DNA of 64,000 bases, from positions 49,042,001 to 49,106,000 of the forward strand of contig NC_082726.1 of the NCBI RefSeq assembly GCF_030144855.1. Reading direction: 5' to 3'. Source of the stretch: Hypanus sabinus. Its lineage: Eukaryota. Shown here piece after piece: positions 63,468 through 64,000 of the stretch. The notes beneath the pieces were generated by a model, which saw only the letters and a list, made by a program, of their open reading frames with translations, searched no databases and was not told where the DNA came from. The translations under genes and the position numbers were made by a program. How positions within the stretch are numbered: position 1 is the first letter of the stretch; every line of letters begins with the position of its first letter.

Positions 63468-63950
63468 ACGGACTGAATCAAGGCGGTCAGGCCGGGTCCC
63501 GAGAGCAGGGAACCAGCAAATGTTTGGCTGCTGGAGCAGACTTGAGGCAGTTCAATGCAGCAGAATCAAGGTGGCAGAGCCCAGGCCCAAGAATGAGGAA
63601 CACGCTGATGTTTCACTGATTTCAGCACCAGGCCAGATTGAAAAGGTCAGATTGTCAGGGTTTACTCATTTTTGTGCTGAACGGAGGCTGTGGCCTGTAA
63701 CTAACGTGCTCCTGGACCAGTTGCAGTGATGAACTGGCTTTGTGGCTGTGAGCTCACTTTTGTGAACTTCAATTCTGAATGTTAAGTGTTTACTTTTATT
63801 GTTTACATGATTTTTTTCTGTACATTTTATGTTTTAAGGTCTTCTTAATGGGTTCAATTGGGTTTCTTTGTTTTGTGGCTGCCTGTAAGGCGATGAATCT
63901 CAAGGTTGCATATAGTATACTTACTTTGATAACGAAATGAACTTTGAAAT
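63468..63950 (+). mobile_element. Retroelement ending in a Rex1-type tail, downstream of the TYSND1 stop
   Basis: gcctgtaaggcgatgaatctcaaggttgcatatag...tactttgataa..aaatgaactttgaa; its 5' part resembles about 4525-4680. Confidence 0.65.
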
Positions 63951-64000
63951 TGAAGCTCAATGGTTGCAACTTGTCCCAAATCTAAGGAACTTGGGAATAT

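Noticed and set aside
1-64000. CRISPR array, retron or other prokaryotic RT-based system; tRNA/rRNA genes
   Set aside because: The sequence is spliced vertebrate DNA. All RT ORFs are CR1 or Rex1 LINE debris, there is no regular repeat-spacer array, and the tRNA-like boxes belong to SINE heads.

Overview
This is vertebrate nuclear DNA, most likely from a cartilaginous fish. That assignment is inferred from the repeat repertoire: CR1, Rex1/Babar, Penelope-like elements, tRNA-derived SINEs, Deu-domain SINE relics and Tc1. Two complete multi-exon genes lie head-to-tail on the + strand. SAR1A (COPII small GTPase) has a CpG-rich promoter and a probable non-coding exon 1 near 5.7 kb, six coding exons from 15912 to 39327 (597 nt, 198 aa + stop), and a 3'UTR of about 2.3 kb with no recognisable repeats. 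TYSND1 (peroxisomal leader-peptide-processing protease) has four coding exons from 51674 to 63282 (1671 nt, 556 aa + stop), an H/D/S triad split across exons 1, 2 and 3, and a C-terminal SKL. Several exons, including TYSND1 exon 2, are absent from the ORF track and were read by hand; all introns are GT-AG and phase-compatible. Most of the remainder is nested transposon debris, including a long, young-looking antisense CR1 ORF2 and a clean solo LTR with a 5-bp TSD. The most interesting observations are: (1) the TYSND1 exon-2 splice acceptor region is almost entirely the 3' tail of a Rex1 retroelement, with an AATAAA; (2) a uORF whose stop overlaps the TYSND1 ATG (ATGA) and mirrors the mammalian 8-aa N-terminal extension; (3) a TSD-flanked palindromic Penelope-derived mini-element with a hammerhead-ribozyme core, plus several relatives. 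I see no prokaryotic system, no CRISPR array and no convincing new protein-coding gene. Repeat boundaries are approximate unless a TSD is given.
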